Assembly: GCF_018350175.1 (NCBI RefSeq)
Contig: NC_058368.1
Location: 20,338,001-20,402,000 of the forward strand
DNA from: Felis catus
Lineage: Eukaryota
Length of the DNA: 64,000 nt
Direction of reading: 5' to 3'
The stretch's first letter is position 1. Each line of letters opens with the position of its first letter. Under the pieces are notes generated by a model. That model worked only from the letters and a program-made list of their open reading frames with translations, made no database searches and was not told the DNA's origin. The position numbers and the translations under genes are program-made. This document shows positions 48,834 through 62,507 of this stretch, piece after piece.

Positions 48834-50580
48834 AAAAAAATCAAGTTAAGGAATTTCCTATTTCTGGTTTGCCAAGAGTTATTATTATTATCATTATTTT
48901 TATTATCGTCATCATCATTATTATTAATATATGTTCTCACTCATTTTACACCTGCCATTTTGAGCAATATTCTTCTAATCCCATTAAGAGATGGTGAATT
49001 TGTGAGGCACTGGAAAACGAACAATTTTTCACTAGTTTTCAATGAAGGAGGCTTATTTCCCACTTTATCTTTGGGGCCCCGTAAAGTATGTCAATATGGA
49101 GGAGCAAATCAAAGTTTTAAATATTGGCATTGTGTCAACCTAGTCTTAAGGTCACACTGCTTTGAGGATGAGCTGCCAGGAATGAGACATTCATGCTGAA
49201 CAAAATGCATAAAAATGTGGAATATACATCGCATGTTACAAGTCAGCTGGTTTATGGAGCTGCGTGGTGAGTGAGACCCTCTGTCTTTAGGATCTTTACT
49301 CTTTTATTGTATGTGTGAATGTGTTGCATTGCTAATTACCATAGCCTTGAGATCTCAGCACAACAATGGGATAACAATGACAGCGGCAGAGGCTCAGGGA
49401 GAGAGAGAGAGATTGAGGTTTTTTTTGAAAGCCAATAAAAATTCAACTGTAATCTATTTCCTGAAAGGGGGTTAGCAAGCCAGCCACTCCCTGTGGCTGG
49501 AGGAAGCTTAAGAGCTCAGCAACTCAAAGCAGGGTTTCAGAATTCTCTGGACTCAGCTCCCTTTCATTTCTTGTCATTCTACACGGCCACCCCTACTTCC
49601 CCTACCCTTTCAGTCCTTGTCCTGACATCTGTTTTTTTCATCACTGTCAGTGAAAACAAGTGTGGTGCTGTCTGCAACCCATGAAAAGCAACCTCCGGGG
49701 AAGAAAATATAAATCATAGGTGGATAAATCATCTTCCCGGAGAGTTAGCATACTGTCGACCTGCCCCAGAGACTGCATTGTCAATTCAATGCTGAAAATC
49801 AGCTTTTGTGTGTAGGATTGGTGGTGGGGAGGGTAGATACATAAGACACAATGGCTTCAGTGACTCAGAACTGGCAAAAGTCTGTGTGCGGGGAGAGAGA
49901 GATTGGTGGATTCATTTTGGCATCTAATCAGTCCCCGAGAACAGTAAGAAAATGAAAAGGGAGCCAGCTTATCAGCATGTTGACTTGCAGTGAAAGCCCC
50001 CTTAAGTATTTCCCAGTTCCCTGTGCAGAGGGAACTGAGCAGGAAAGCCACTGTCACAGGAAAAAATTATTTGCCCGCATATTCTCTTTAACGAGCAGAT
50101 TTATTCATTTTCTGGGGAACACTATCATTTCGTCTCTATCACACGAGAAGAACTGGCTGGCGCAATCAATTCCAGAGAATACCCATCAATTCCGTTAAAC
50201 AACCAGGGGGAGGAAAACCCCCAGAAATCAATAACAGTTGTTTCATTGAATTGATGGGTGACTTCAAGTTGTTCAGATCCATCTGTTGGCTTGTGTGTTC
50301 AGCTGCTGCCATGTCTGCAAAGAGTCGTAGGGGAACTTCAGGCCACGGCAGACGCTGCTGGAAGGCGTGGAAAGTGCCAGGGGACAGAGCAACGGGGGCT
50401 CACCGTGGCCAATGGGTGTTTCCTTGGCTGGGAATGACCTTGCTGCTCTGTGTAGCCGCCGTCATCATTGTGGGCAGCTTGCCTGTAGCGAGCACTGTGG
50501 CGGATCCTCTTAACCGTCACCACTTGCTGCGTGCCTTCTGGGAAAGAGACGCGGTACAAACATTATTACTTACCTTTAAT

Positions 50581-50792
50581 TTTTTTTAACGTTTATTTAT
50601 TTTTGAGACAGAGAGAGACAGAGCATGAACGGGGGAGGGGGAGAGAGAGAGAGGGAGACACCGAATCGGAAGCAGGCTCCAGGCTCTGAGCCATCAGCCC
50701 AGAGCCCGATGCGGGGCTCGAACTCGGGGACCGCGAGATCGTGACCTGAGCTGAAGTCGGACACTTAACCGACTGAGCCACCCAGGCGCCCC
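50581..50792 (-). mobile_element. Young Can-SINE inserted in a MIR
   Basis: Perfect 16-bp TSD attacttacctttaat. Confidence 0.95.
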
Positions 50793-50979
50793 ATTACTTA
50801 CCTTTAATAAAGCAGCCAAGTGGGGATTATCATCTCTCCCTGCTCTTTTCTTGCTTGAAGATTTTAGAGAAGTCATTGACTTGGTTAGCCAGCAGTGAGA
50901 GGCAGAGGCAGGATTTGAACCCACCTCTGCCCAGGGCGAAAGCCAAAGTTCTTTTCAGGATACCACCTGCGTCTTTGCA

Positions 50980-51180
50980 TAGCATAGTGCCCAAGAACAT
51001 AGGTTCTGATAGCCGACGGACGCGGGTTCAAATCCTGGCACTCCTTGCTGTGGGACCTTGGGCAATGTACTTAACTTTTCTGAATTTCAGTTTTTCCCAT
51101 CTGCAAAATGGGTACAATACCTGTTTGTTGAAAGTATGTATATAAAGTCCGTCGTATAGGGACTGGGTCATTATAGATGT
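50980..51180 (+). mobile_element. MIR SINE
   Basis: gggttcaaatcctggc...ccttgggcaatgtacttaac...cagtttttcccatctgcaaaatggg. Confidence 0.8.
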
Positions 51181-51727
51181 GGAAAAGCTTTTTTTTTCTT
51201 AGCCATTATTCTTAGTAACATCAATAAAGGTAGTGACATGAGGTTGTCTTGAGTTCCTCTTATGGCTACAAGCCTTCCTCTTTTCTCGTCCTTGCCACCT
51301 GCAAATCCTTGGCAAGGGCTTCGGGAGGCACAACACAGGTGTCAATACTGAATTGCCTATCTCCGAATTTGAGTGAGCATTGATTAGCCCATGACTCACT
51401 GAGGCTTCTGCTAAGCCTGCTTTATTCCTTCAACATTTTAAAAATGCCAGTTGGCTGCTCCGTCACCTGCCTGGAGGAAAGCAAGGAGTGCCATGAAAAC
51501 GCTGGCAGTAAAAATCCCCGAATCTCATTTCTATGAAGGTCAACAACAGGCCAAACTAACCTATGGCAGTAGATGTCAGCCCTGTGACTACCTCTGGGGG
51601 TGGGGGTGGGGGTTGGTGGGGAAGAGGCAGGGGGGCCTTTGGGGGTGCTGGAAATGTTCTATAGCTGGACCTAGATATACATACGTGCGCATCACATTTC
51701 AGTTTTCACTTAGGATCGTGTCCTTTG

Positions 51728-51760
<33 letters not shown>

Positions 51761-52224
51761 CTTCCTCAATCGAGGAGAATTTACAACGTAACTGTGCAAA
51801 AAGCCCCACCTGTGCTGTTAGTAAGCCGAATGTGATGACCAAATTGTACTCATGGACCTATGGCCCGGGGTAGCGGTTGGACTGATTGCTCCCTTACAAT
51901 GGAGAGGGCCAGCCCAATTAATGGTGGGTCTAGGCAGTAATTACACTGTGGAAAATGGGACACACCCTAGCAGCAGCCACGCTGGGGAGTCAAATGCCAC
52001 TAGGTTCTCCAGTGCTCTCTAACAACAATAAAAACTACCTCCCGTCCAGTACCTATTTTGAGCCAAGTACAGATACATAGGTTTCTTCTCTAGTCGTTAC
52101 AACCACCTTATAAGGTAAGGTGTCTTCTGTTCCATTTTACAACTGAATTTATAGTTTAGAGAGACCTTATCATAAGTAAGTAGTGAAGCAAGACTTTAAC
52201 CCTGGTCTGTCTGCCTTTTGGTTC

Positions 52225-52460
52225 GGAGCACAGGCTCCGGAGCAGAGTGCCGGGGTTTTGAGCCCAAGCTCTGCATTCCCTAGCTGTGTAACCTTGGGCG
52301 AGTTCCTTGACCTCTCTGTGCCTGCATTTCCTCATCTGCAGAAAGGGGGGAAATAATGGCAGCTGTGTATCACAGGGTTATCTATGAGTTAATGTAGGCA
52401 AAGCACTTAGAATGTAGTATGCACTTGGCAGACCCTGAGAGCTGGAAATGTACCAGCAGT
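52225..52460 (+). mobile_element. MIR SINE (antisense MIR adjacent at ~52050-52220)
   Basis: tagctgtgtaaccttgggcgagttccttgacctctctgtgcctgcatttcctcatctgc. Confidence 0.85.
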
Positions 52461-54374
52461 TATTCTGTTGCGTGATGCAATCTCCCAAAAGTGGAAGGGC
52501 CAGATCCAGTGGTGGTCTGAGATATAAAGTAAAATTTTCAGGTCACCTAAACCATGTTTGCCCTCTGTCTCCCCTCCTATAGGTTCAGTAGCAAAAAATC
52601 CGAAGTGCCTGCTGGGCTCATCTGCTTACCTCTTTCTTCCTGAGACAGCTCCTGTGTTACCGGCCAGGTAGTGCGGTTGAGGTCTCTTGTCGCTTCAGCT
52701 TTCTGATTACACCGTGATTATCCTCAAGGTGACCTAAGAGAAAATGTTCCAGGCTTGTGGGTAGTCCCTATGTCCTGTTGGGCACAAAGGAGTCAAGAAG
52801 CTGATGGCACAAGGGCTTCTCCAGTGTGTGTCATCCGGTTGTCTGCCTGGACCTCTAACCCTGTTCCCACCCTGATTCTGGGAATTGTCCCCTCCCAGAT
52901 TGCCCCCTCCCAGATCCGTGGTGACTGGCAAGGTCACCTGTTACTGGCCTAATTAGAGCCACTCTCCCAGAAGTCAAGATTTCGAAGAAATGTTAATGTC
53001 AACCTAGCTGGGTTTTTTTTTAATGGAAGCGATTGGAGTTGAAAAGTGTAGGCAGCCACTTCCCACCTTGTCTTCTTGAAACTATACTGAGAAAGGCAAC
53101 GTGCAGCACGAGGGAGAGGTGGGGCAGATGCTCAGATGAGAGCAGAGACAAGGCGCAGACACGGAGAAAGACTTGTCACTCTGAGCCCTGAGACCCGAGA
53201 CCACGGTGCGTGTTCCTCTGTAAATTACCCTCCTTCCCAAGCCGCCCGGAAGCTCTATCATCGGTAGCTGAGGAATCCAAACAAATACACCTGGGAGAAT
53301 AATTAAGAGGAATGAAATTCACTCTGTGAGTTTCTCTAGGAAGCCTTTCCTGACTCCACGCCCCCCCCCCCCCCCCCCGCCCAAATACCTGACACTTTCC
53401 TGACACCACAGGTTTAGCTTGGGTTAGCCCTAGCCACAGCCTTTTTAAAGTTTAAACCGCCTGCCTTAAAAATGCATTTGTCTATAAAATCCTTAAAGAG
53501 TTTCCCAGAGTCATATTAGATTTGCAATGTCTAGATTTTTGTCTCATCCATGTAGTTTTTGCATTATTTGCTTCTATTTAATTTAGATTTAGCTTATATT
53601 TTTTACGTTTACATGGCTTTTTAAAAAAAATTTGGATTTAGTTTATATTTATTTATGTTTACATGGCTTTTTTTTAACTGAGCGTCATCCTAAGAAATAT
53701 TTAAAATCAAAGGTTTAATGTATTAGATAGACGTTTTTAAACATACGTTAAAGTGAATATGCACCTATTTAAAATAAAAGGTATTTATGGATTGCCTGAA
53801 ATCATCTCGTGCACCACCTTGGAAATTTCCGACCTAGCCTCTAAGCCCATTGAAGGCAGGGATGATGACACATGCATGATCAACCTGCCCACCCCTGGCC
53901 CTAGGGCTCTACATTTCTCTGTTACAAAACTTGGCATAATAAACTGTCATATGTACAGTTAGGTTACTGCCTGTAGGACCCTTGTCTGCATCATTTACGG
54001 CTCTGTCCTCAGTATCCTCACGTAGGTCTGGCTCCGGGCTGATGTTTAATATAGATGTATTAAATGAAAGCATACATTGATAAATGAAAGCCACTGGAAT
54101 GTTCTGCAGCCACAGATGCCAATACATGCTGCTCTTGACTGGTGGTGACACTTGGGGGAAAACACCCCCATTCAGTGCCTTGCTTTTCTCCCCTGCTCCA
54201 CGTGGATGGTCACACAAGCAGGTCCCCAATTTACAAGCTTCAATCTTCAGTTTTGATGGCAGATTGGAGGCAGTTCTCTGATGCTGACGATTCACATCCT
54301 GGCTGGTTGTGCACAGAGCATCTACATGGTTTTCACAGCCCAGTTTGAAATGAAAATGTTTGTTCAAAAAGCAG

Positions 54375-54950
54375 GAAACTGTATAATCCAGCAATCCCAC
54401 CGCTGGGCATATATCCAAAGGAATTGAAAGCAGGGTCTCAGGAGAGATATTTGCACGCCCATGTTCAAAGAAGTATTATTCACAATAGCCAAGAGGTGGA
54501 AACAACCCAAGTGTTCATTGGTGGATAACTGGATAAATAAAATGTGGCATATCAGTATGATGGAATAGCCTTACGGAGGAAGGCAATTGTCACACATGCC
54601 ACAATATGGATGATCTTGAGGACAAGATTATGCTAGGTAAAATAAGGCAATCACTAAAGGACAGATAGAGTATGATTCCACTTGCATATGGTACCTAAAG
54701 TCGTCAAATTCAAGGAGACAGCAAGTAGAACGTTGGTTGTTAGGGGCTGGGGGAGGGGAAACGAGGGACAGACCATTTCATGGGGAGAGTTGCAGTTCTG
54801 CAGGACGAAATGAGTTCTGGAGATGGATGGCGGTGATGGATGGTTACCAATCATGTGAACGTACTTAACACTGTTGAACCGTGCACTTAAAAAGGTTAAA
54901 GTGGTAACTTTTATGTTATGTGTATTCGATCACAATTTTTTTAAAAAAGG
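54375..54950 (+). mobile_element. L1 (L1MB-like) ORF2 end + 3'UTR
   Basis: atccagcaatcccaccgctgggcatatatccaaaggaattgaaagcaggg...tatgattccacttgcatatggtaccta...aacttttatgttatgtgtatt. Confidence 0.9.
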
Positions 54951-55344
54951 CAGGAGAAAAGCTTCCTCCTTTCCTTTGTGGTCTCTTTCTCGGCCTGTCA
55001 TGATTTTCTATTTGGTATTTAATGTTGCCCTCCCTCGGCCACGAAGATGCACGGATAGGTGTGGATTGTGATAGGTGCCCAGAATCATATCCTGCAACCC
55101 AGTGTGCAGGAAATGTGTGTCTGACCCCGATCCCTCCTGAGCCCATGCCCAGATGCCTATGGGGGTGCAGAAGGTAGCAATGGTCGCTGGGCAGGGCCAG
55201 GGGTGGGTGTCAGAGAACTGGTGCCGGGGAGGTGCTAGGAGGGGACTGTGTGAGTGCAGAAACCAAGTTCACTGCACCTGTTTTATTACCCACCCGTCTT
55301 CACTTATGAAACATCCAGTCAAAGACGAGATCATTAAGGATTTT

Positions 55345-55561
55345 TTAAAGAAAAATTTTAAGTTTATTTATTTATTTTAGAGAGAGAGAGAGAGAGTACA
55401 CATATGTGTGTGGGGGGCGGGGAGTAGAGAGGAGAGAGAGAATCCCAAGCAGTATCAGGGTAGAGCCAGATGCGGGGCTCAAACTCACGAACCGTTGAGG
55501 TCATGACCGGAGCTGAAATCAAGAGTCGGAAGCTTAACCGACCGAGCCATCCAGGTGCGCC
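55345..55561 (-). mobile_element. Can-SINE
   Basis: TSD agatcattaaggatttt. Confidence 0.92.
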
Positions 55562-56564
55562 AAGATCATTAAGGATTTTAAGATTGCAGCCAGAGAACAT
55601 TAACTGCCAACCCCTTCTGGGTGTGGACCCCAGTCGGGAACACCGCATTCACTCCCAGGAAGCCAGCCCTCCTCATACTGCAGGAACATAACAAAACCTC
55701 TGCAGTATGGAAACCCAATATCGGCATCGTGCCCGCGTGGGGTAAGGATGGGAAGGACCCCCAGCAGTTACAAATAGAGGGGACCCCAGCTTGGTAACCG
55801 TGGAGGAGAGACACAGCTCTCAGACTAGGACTGACCCACAGGATACACGGCTTACGGGGCAGTGTTGACAGCATGTATTGCCCTTACCTAAAGCAACCGG
55901 ACAAAACGTGGCGGCATACCCGGGGGAGAGACCACTCTAAACACCGGGCACTGGCAAACCCACGGGGAGTGGACCCTTGAGTTAGCTTTCCTTCAACCCT
56001 CTCTCCTGCAGCAGAAGTGTCTCCAGAGCCCCCAGGGGACACAATGCAGCTCTCGCGTGTGTCAGAACCATAGCCAACCATGGACGTGGCTCGACCACGC
56101 AAGCCTCGGAGCCTGGAAGGCCCAGCCGTGGATTTCCGGGAACCTGGGCCCTGATCATCAGCCCTCGGGTTTGCCAGAGCCACCCTGACCTGTTTTTGCT
56201 AATGGCGGGAGAAATAAATGGAAACTCAGTTAATTTGAAGACTTAGCTATTAGAGTGATTATTACGGGATTGAGGTCGGTGAGCAGGAGAAAAATTTGCT
56301 CCGTTACAACTGAAGTCACATTTTCTGGGAAACAAAAGGGTGACGTTTGTAACCAAGCTTTTGTGAAACGCAGCCTGCCCAGTGTGCCCACGGGAGGCAT
56401 GTGATCCCACTGTGAACGTGGTGTCTATGTGAATGCAGAGAACCACATGGGGTGGGGCTGCACCACTCCAAGCACTGCTACATGCAGTCCCTTCCATCAA
56501 GTCTATACGTGTGAGCAATTTCTGGAACCTTGTCTCTGTTGCCTCCACTGTGTGGTGAGCGAGG

Positions 56565-56713
56565 GCAGTGATTCTCAAAGTGCAGTGCACATTCGAACCA
56601 CCTGAGGAATCTTATTAGAATAAAGATTCTCACTCAGTAAGCCTGGGCTGTGCCCGAGACTCTGCATTAGTGGTGATGTCCGGGTCCCTAGACCACACTC
56701 TGAGGATCAAGGG
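56565..56713. mobile_element. MER5A-like hAT-Charlie MITE
   Basis: cagtgattctcaaagtg...gaaccacctgagg...gactctgcatt...gaccacactctgag. Confidence 0.75.
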
Positions 56714-57079
56714 TCTAGCCCAGTCTGGACAATAAAATGTTTCCCAGTTCAATATGCATATGTCCACAGGCAGGTGACTGAAAGGCTCTGGGACCATATG
56801 GACCTAGAGCTTTATAGACTTCTCCAATTGGCTTTCTGGGCTCAGCTGAAATGCCTCTCCTCCTCCAGGAAGGCTTCCTTGACTCACCCACGCAAAGGAG
56901 AGAGCATGTTCTGTTCACTGCTCCCTCGGAGCTTGGCGCAGGACTTCAGTGCATAGTGTGTTGTCTGACTACATGTATGCACTTTTCTGTCCTTCTTGGG
57001 CTATGTGTCCCTGGAATACTGGGACATCTTTGCATCCCTATTATAGCTGGCTCAGTGCCTGGCTCATAGAAGTGTTGGC

Positions 57080-57462
57080 TATCTGTTGCTGCTGCAATAA
57101 ATTCCCACAAATTTAGTGGCTTAAATCGATACAAATTTATTCCTTAGATTTCTGTAGGTTGGAAGGCTAATATGGATCCAAGAATCCGTTTCCTTTTCCA
57201 GCTTCTAGCGTCTGCCCACCTTCCTTGGCTTGTGGTCCTTTCCCCCATCTCACATCACATCACTCTGACCTCTTCTCTTGACCCTTCTTCCACTTTTAAG
57301 AATGCCTGTCATTACAGCGTCCATCTAGATGATTCAAGATAATCTCCCCAACTCATACTGATTAGCAATCTTAAATCCATCCATCTCTAGGACCTGGAGA
57401 TTAGGACGTGGATGCTTTTTTTCTCATGGTGGGTAGGGGTGTCATTATCCCGTCTACCACAA
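57080..57462 (-). mobile_element. MaLR LTR (MLT1C/D-like)
   Basis: ttgctgctgcaataaattcccacaaatttagtggcttaaa...ttccagcttctag...ttccttggcttgtgg. Confidence 0.75.
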
Positions 57463-58278
57463 TGCATGACTCTTTGGGATCAGCTCAGAGCCCGAGGGGT
57501 TCTGGAAAGCTGAGGATTTGATAGCTCTAGACTTCCTGTGGCCCCTTTTATGGCATTTTTGGTATTTTTTATTCAGCCAGAGTTATGTCTGACTCCTGAC
57601 ATCTCAGAAGACATTGGTAGCCCCTTGACGCTAGGCATATACATAGAGACAAGGTCAACACAAAGAATTCAGTTCACTTCAGCAAGGATTGAGTTTTGGT
57701 TTCCATTCTGGGCCAAAAACTAGGGATGGAAAGATGATTACTGTCACGGGACTCACTGTGACTATCTTTCTGGTGTCACTAGGAGTGATCTCTAGGCAAT
57801 CACTGGGTTCATCCGGGTCAGTCCATTTCGTTTATTAGGGTAGCCAAACCAGCTATTTGGAGAACCAGAGTTTCCATTAGATAGTCTTTGAAGATGTTTA
57901 TGGTACTGCTGAGAGTGTATGCAGTTTACACAGAATTTATGCCAACGTTGACCCGATACATGTTTTAGCTGGTGACCAGGACAGAGAAGTGTATTAAGGG
58001 AAGCACTTAAAAAAAAAATTTTTTTTTAAATTTTTTTAAATTCAATTTTAAAATGTTTACTTGCGGTAAAATACATACATATAAAATTTATTCTCTTCAT
58101 CATTTAAAAATATATAGTTCAGTAGTGTTAAGTACATTCATATTTTCAACCAATCTCCAGAACTCTCAGGGAAGCCCATTTCTTAAAGGCCACCTTTCCA
58201 AGTGAATGACGTTCTAACTTTACCTTCTATGGGACCATCCTGAACTCGTTCCCAGCACGTTATGAAAACAAAGCCCAA

Positions 58279-58395
58279 GGGTGTCTGGCTGGCTCAGTCG
58301 GTGGAACATGCAACTCTTGATCCAGGGGTTATAGAAGATTGAGTCCTACACTGGGTGCAGAGATTACTTAAAAATAAAATCTTAAAAAAATAACC
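58279..58395 (+). mobile_element. Short tRNA-derived Can-SINE (old type)
   Basis: gggtgtctggctggctcagtcggtggaacatgcaactcttgatc...gagattacttaaaaataaaatc. Confidence 0.8.
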
Positions 58396-59192
58396 CAAAC
58401 AAAAAACCCCAATAGCTATGTCCCTCAACTTTCTCAGTAGGTGATGCCTGAGGCTGTAATTTGAATGAAAATTACAAAGTACAGTGACCAAGTACCCAAA
58501 CATGCTTGTCTGCACAACGATGACCAAATCCCCAAAGACTACCTGTTAAAAACATCCCTGATTCTGGGCAAATGTGGGGGTTCCTCGAAACAGGTTTCCT
58601 GTAAGTAACGATGTGAACAGTAAAAGTTTATCCTGTGTTTTTGCCTCACGAGCGTTTTCGAAGCATGCTGATGACACATTTTGTAGAGTCCTATGACCTT
58701 ATTTCAGACAGGGAAGGTCCTTTAAACTGGTTTCGTATCTATGAAAACTTCACGCTTCCAAAGCTGGAGTTTGCTCGTCAGAGATTCTGTTTATACACGC
58801 AAAGTTTATACACATGCAAAGATGAGAAAACGTGTATCTTGTGTCTGTTTTCTGGAGAGTTCTCTTCCTTGGGCTAAATGTGGACTCTGAAGAGAGTTGG
58901 TGTCTTTTCTGTTCTGGTTACACCTGCACTGTCTCAGCTCTGCTCCCACATGTCAGAGAAGGTGTCGTCACGTACTCTCATTCTCACCCAGTCCTCCTGG
59001 TTTGTGCGGCTGGGGTCTGGGGCTGATCCACTGGAACCAGGCTGCCGTTGATCAAGCAGAACGATGACATTGACCAGGCTGAAGGATTTTTTTCAGCCTG
59101 GTTGTCCAGAGTTAATGCCTCTGGCCTGTCTTAAGAGGCAGAGCCAGTTGGAGACTTTTCCAAATGGCTCTTTGTGTAAGGGATCGTTTTCT

Positions 59193-59409
59193 TTTTTTTT
59201 TTCTTTTTTTTCAATATATGAAATTTATTGTCAAATTGGTTTCCATACAACATCCAGTGCTCATCCCAACAGGTGCCCTCCTCCATACCCATCACCCACC
59301 CTCCCCTCCCTCCCACCCCCCATCAACCCTCAGTTTGTTCTCAGTTTTTAAGAGTCTCTTATGCTTTGGCTCTCTCCCACTCTAACCTCTTTTTTTTTTT
59401 TTTCCTTCC
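59193..59409 (-). mobile_element. Young felid L1 3' end
   Basis: Near-identical to the 3' part of 32114-32490, 17-bp TSD gtaagggatcgttttct/gtaagggatcattttct. Confidence 0.93.
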
Positions 59410-62154
59410 GTAAGGGATCATTTTCTAGTGGACTACGTTTGCACCCGTAGTTCAGACCTGCCATGTTTGTTTTGCAAACATCTTTACCCTATCACATTTG
59501 CTAATCAAGGAAGGTATAGATGAAGCCAGATTTCCAAGGGCTTCTCTGATTTCAGCCTATGGCCACTTCCTGTAGAAGAAGATCTCTCTCTGCTTTGGAA
59601 AAAAATTTCTGAGCAGCCTTCAGAACCAAATTAAATGATTGGAACTGTGAGCTGCACAGATGAAGGACCCCATCTAGTGGGAAAATATGAAGCTGCTACT
59701 GCAGTTATGGAGTGAAATTAGCAGGACCCTGGAAATTGCTGGCCAGCTCTTCCTGTGGAGCCCAAGGAGGCCCCTGTAGAAGCTTCAGTTCCAAATCCTA
59801 AAGAGACCAGCCTTTCTCTAAAAGCGAGTAGGGCAGCAGTGGGCAGTCCAGGCAATGCTTTGGCAAGGGAAGTAAAAGAGGCTTCCTTTATGTTGCCGGG
59901 AGATGCTCCCTGTGCCCCTCTCCAGAGTAAAGGGAAGCCTGATCTGGAGTCAGGAGCCGTCAGCCTGCAGAGAAGTCTGGGCCACTGGAAGATTCTGGAA
60001 CCCCCGGCAGCCTCAGCGCTGAGGCGGGACCAGCCAGGGTCAGTCAGGGCCGGTCTGGCTAGAACCCAGGGGGAGGAGCATACTTCCTGGGTCCTGGCGC
60101 CTGAGGCCCAAGGGAATTTGCACCCTCTGCAGGTGAAGGGGTTTTACTCTTCTCTTTCCTAGGGCAGGTCTTACCGGTGGAAGTAGATGCCTGTCCATCT
60201 TCTGGAAGCCCCGCCTTGTGGTGGAGGGAAGTTGTCTCGTTCCTTCTCCACGCCACAGATCTGATCCCTAGGGGGCCATCTCACACCCTCCTGGGGCCCC
60301 TGGTGGGCCCGTGCAGGCTGCTGTCCATTTGTGAGTCTCCCGGCTCCTCCCAGTGCCGCCTCCCTTTTAGTTTATGGCTCTCCACTTAAATGCCACCTCC
60401 CAGTGGGCACTTCCGCTGCGACTCCAGGGGCTTACACCTCCCACTGTCAACAACCAGTGCTCTCTGCACGGCACCCTGTGGGTTTCCTCTGCGGTGCTTA
60501 TCACAACCTGCTGTGTTGAGTAGGTTTCAATGTCTGTCGCTCTCTCCCCACCGGGGCAGGGACCGTGTCTGGTGCAGTGCCTGCCGTGGAGTTAGGTGCT
60601 CCAGTGTTTGTCTGAAGGGATGGAGAGACGGCAGCCCAAGGGCTGGGAGGCAGGGTGGTGGGAAAGGCCCCCCAAGACCCCCTCTCTGCCAGCCCCGGGT
60701 GTTTCCGGCCTCTCTACTAGGAGTAATAATAGCGGCACAATTTACCATGGGTTGTTAAGGAAATCACACGGGTCCAAAGTGCTCTGCAGATGCAAAGTGT
60801 TATCAAGTGCTGTTTCATTTCCATTTGCTCGGTTCCATTTACTGTAAATGCATCTGCTTTCCCGGATCCCTTTATTAGGGGAGACGAGGCGTGAGGTGGG
60901 GGAGGGCCCACCGTCACCCAGGGCCATACAGGGATGGCGAACGTCAGACATAGGGGGGCCCTCGGAGATCCCCCATCCAGGGCTCCCCAAGCCTGTCCGC
61001 ATGAGCAATTTGCAGCCGCGGGCCCAGGCCTCACCCCAGAGGTTCTGATTTAATTGGCCTGCGAGGAGGTGCAGGCACAGGCGTGAAACAGCTCTCCAGG
61101 TGATTCTAATGTGCACCCACGGCACACAGCCCTGACGGGAACCACCCTGTGCTTACAGACGGGTAAGCAGAGACAAGGAGGATGACAGTGGAAACATTTC
61201 CCAGGGCACCTGCCTCCCAGCCCATCCCCCTCTCACCGTGTCCGGGGAAGGGAGCCGCCACGGACACCCCAGTGCGATTTGTTCCACACAGGACTCATCT
61301 GAGAGGCCGGTCCCTTGCATTTAGGTTAAGAACGGTGTCCCCACCACGTCTAGCCCAAGGTCGGAGAGCAGCTCTGGGCAGAGCCCCCCGGGGTGGGGCA
61401 GGTGGTCCGGACCTGGAACTTCTTGGGACGGAGCCCCCTCCCGGCCCCTGGGAGTGTTGCCAAAGCTCCCGAGCGCCCCCGCCCGTTGCCGCTGTTTCCT
61501 GCTTCCAGGAAGGGCATCCTGAGGTTGATGGAAGCCGGGCAAAGACCGCGTGTGAGATTTCACAGTGGGCGGACCATCCACGTGGGCCGCCTCAAGCTGA
61601 GAAATCTGGCCAGGTGATAGGTAGAGGCCGGAAAGACACACTGAGATTGAGGAGAAACCAGAGCTCTTGGCAAAGAGCAACTTGGTTTACATTTGAGGGC
61701 ACAGGAGACCTGTGTTGTTCCAGGTGGCACATAGCTCGTGGATAGACAAAGGGCGAGGAATCCGGTGCTCAAAGTCAGTGTCCGGTGTTATCTCAGCCTG
61801 TGGCAGGGTTCTGAAAGGTCCTGGTTCTGCAGACACTTATTAGAAGCTCTGGAGAGTCAAAGGAGGAACAGGCCACCTCTATTTGTTGAAATACCTACTA
61901 CACAAACAATTTAGAAACTCCGAAACGTATGGACAAATCGGGGTGCGTTTCATATGTTGATATTTAACAAAGAAGTGCCTCTAACCGAACCCCAAGTGTG
62001 CAATGCAAAATAATTGTACTGCTTACAAGATAATAATAGGGTTTATAAAAGTTTGGAATCATAATACACGTTAGGGGTGCGGTCTGAAAACAGGCAGCAA
62101 GTTGAAAGTCCAGTAGTGAGAATTTTTGTTTTGCGGGTGCAGCTGCATGGCTGG

Positions 62155-62507
62155 CTGGCTTAGTGCGGGCTGCTGTAACGACAGAGCACAGACCAAGTGG
62201 CTTAAGCAGCAGACATTTATTTCTTACAGTTTTGAAGGCTACAAATCTCAGATCGAGGTGCTGACTGACTTGGTTCCTGGTGAAAGCCCTCTTCCTGGGT
62301 TACAGATGGGAGCCATTTTGCTCTGTCTTCACACAGGAGAGAGAGAAAGAGAGAGATCTGGTGTCTCTTCTTATAAGGACGCTATTCGTATCACGGGGGC
62401 CCCGCCCTCACGACCTAGTCACCTTCCAAAGGCCCCACTTTCAACAATGGGGACTAGGGCTTCAACATACGAATGGAGGGGGGGGCGCAATTCAATCCAT
62501 AGCATAG
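62155..62507 (-). mobile_element. MaLR LTR (MLT1A-like)
   Basis: gggctgctgtaacgacagagcacagaccaagtggcttaag...ctagtcaccttccaaaggcccca...ttcaatccatagca. Confidence 0.85.

Noticed and set aside
59755..60162. 135-aa ORF (also the 187-aa ORF at 61182-61745)
   Set aside because: No recognisable homology or exon context. GC-rich chance ORFs.
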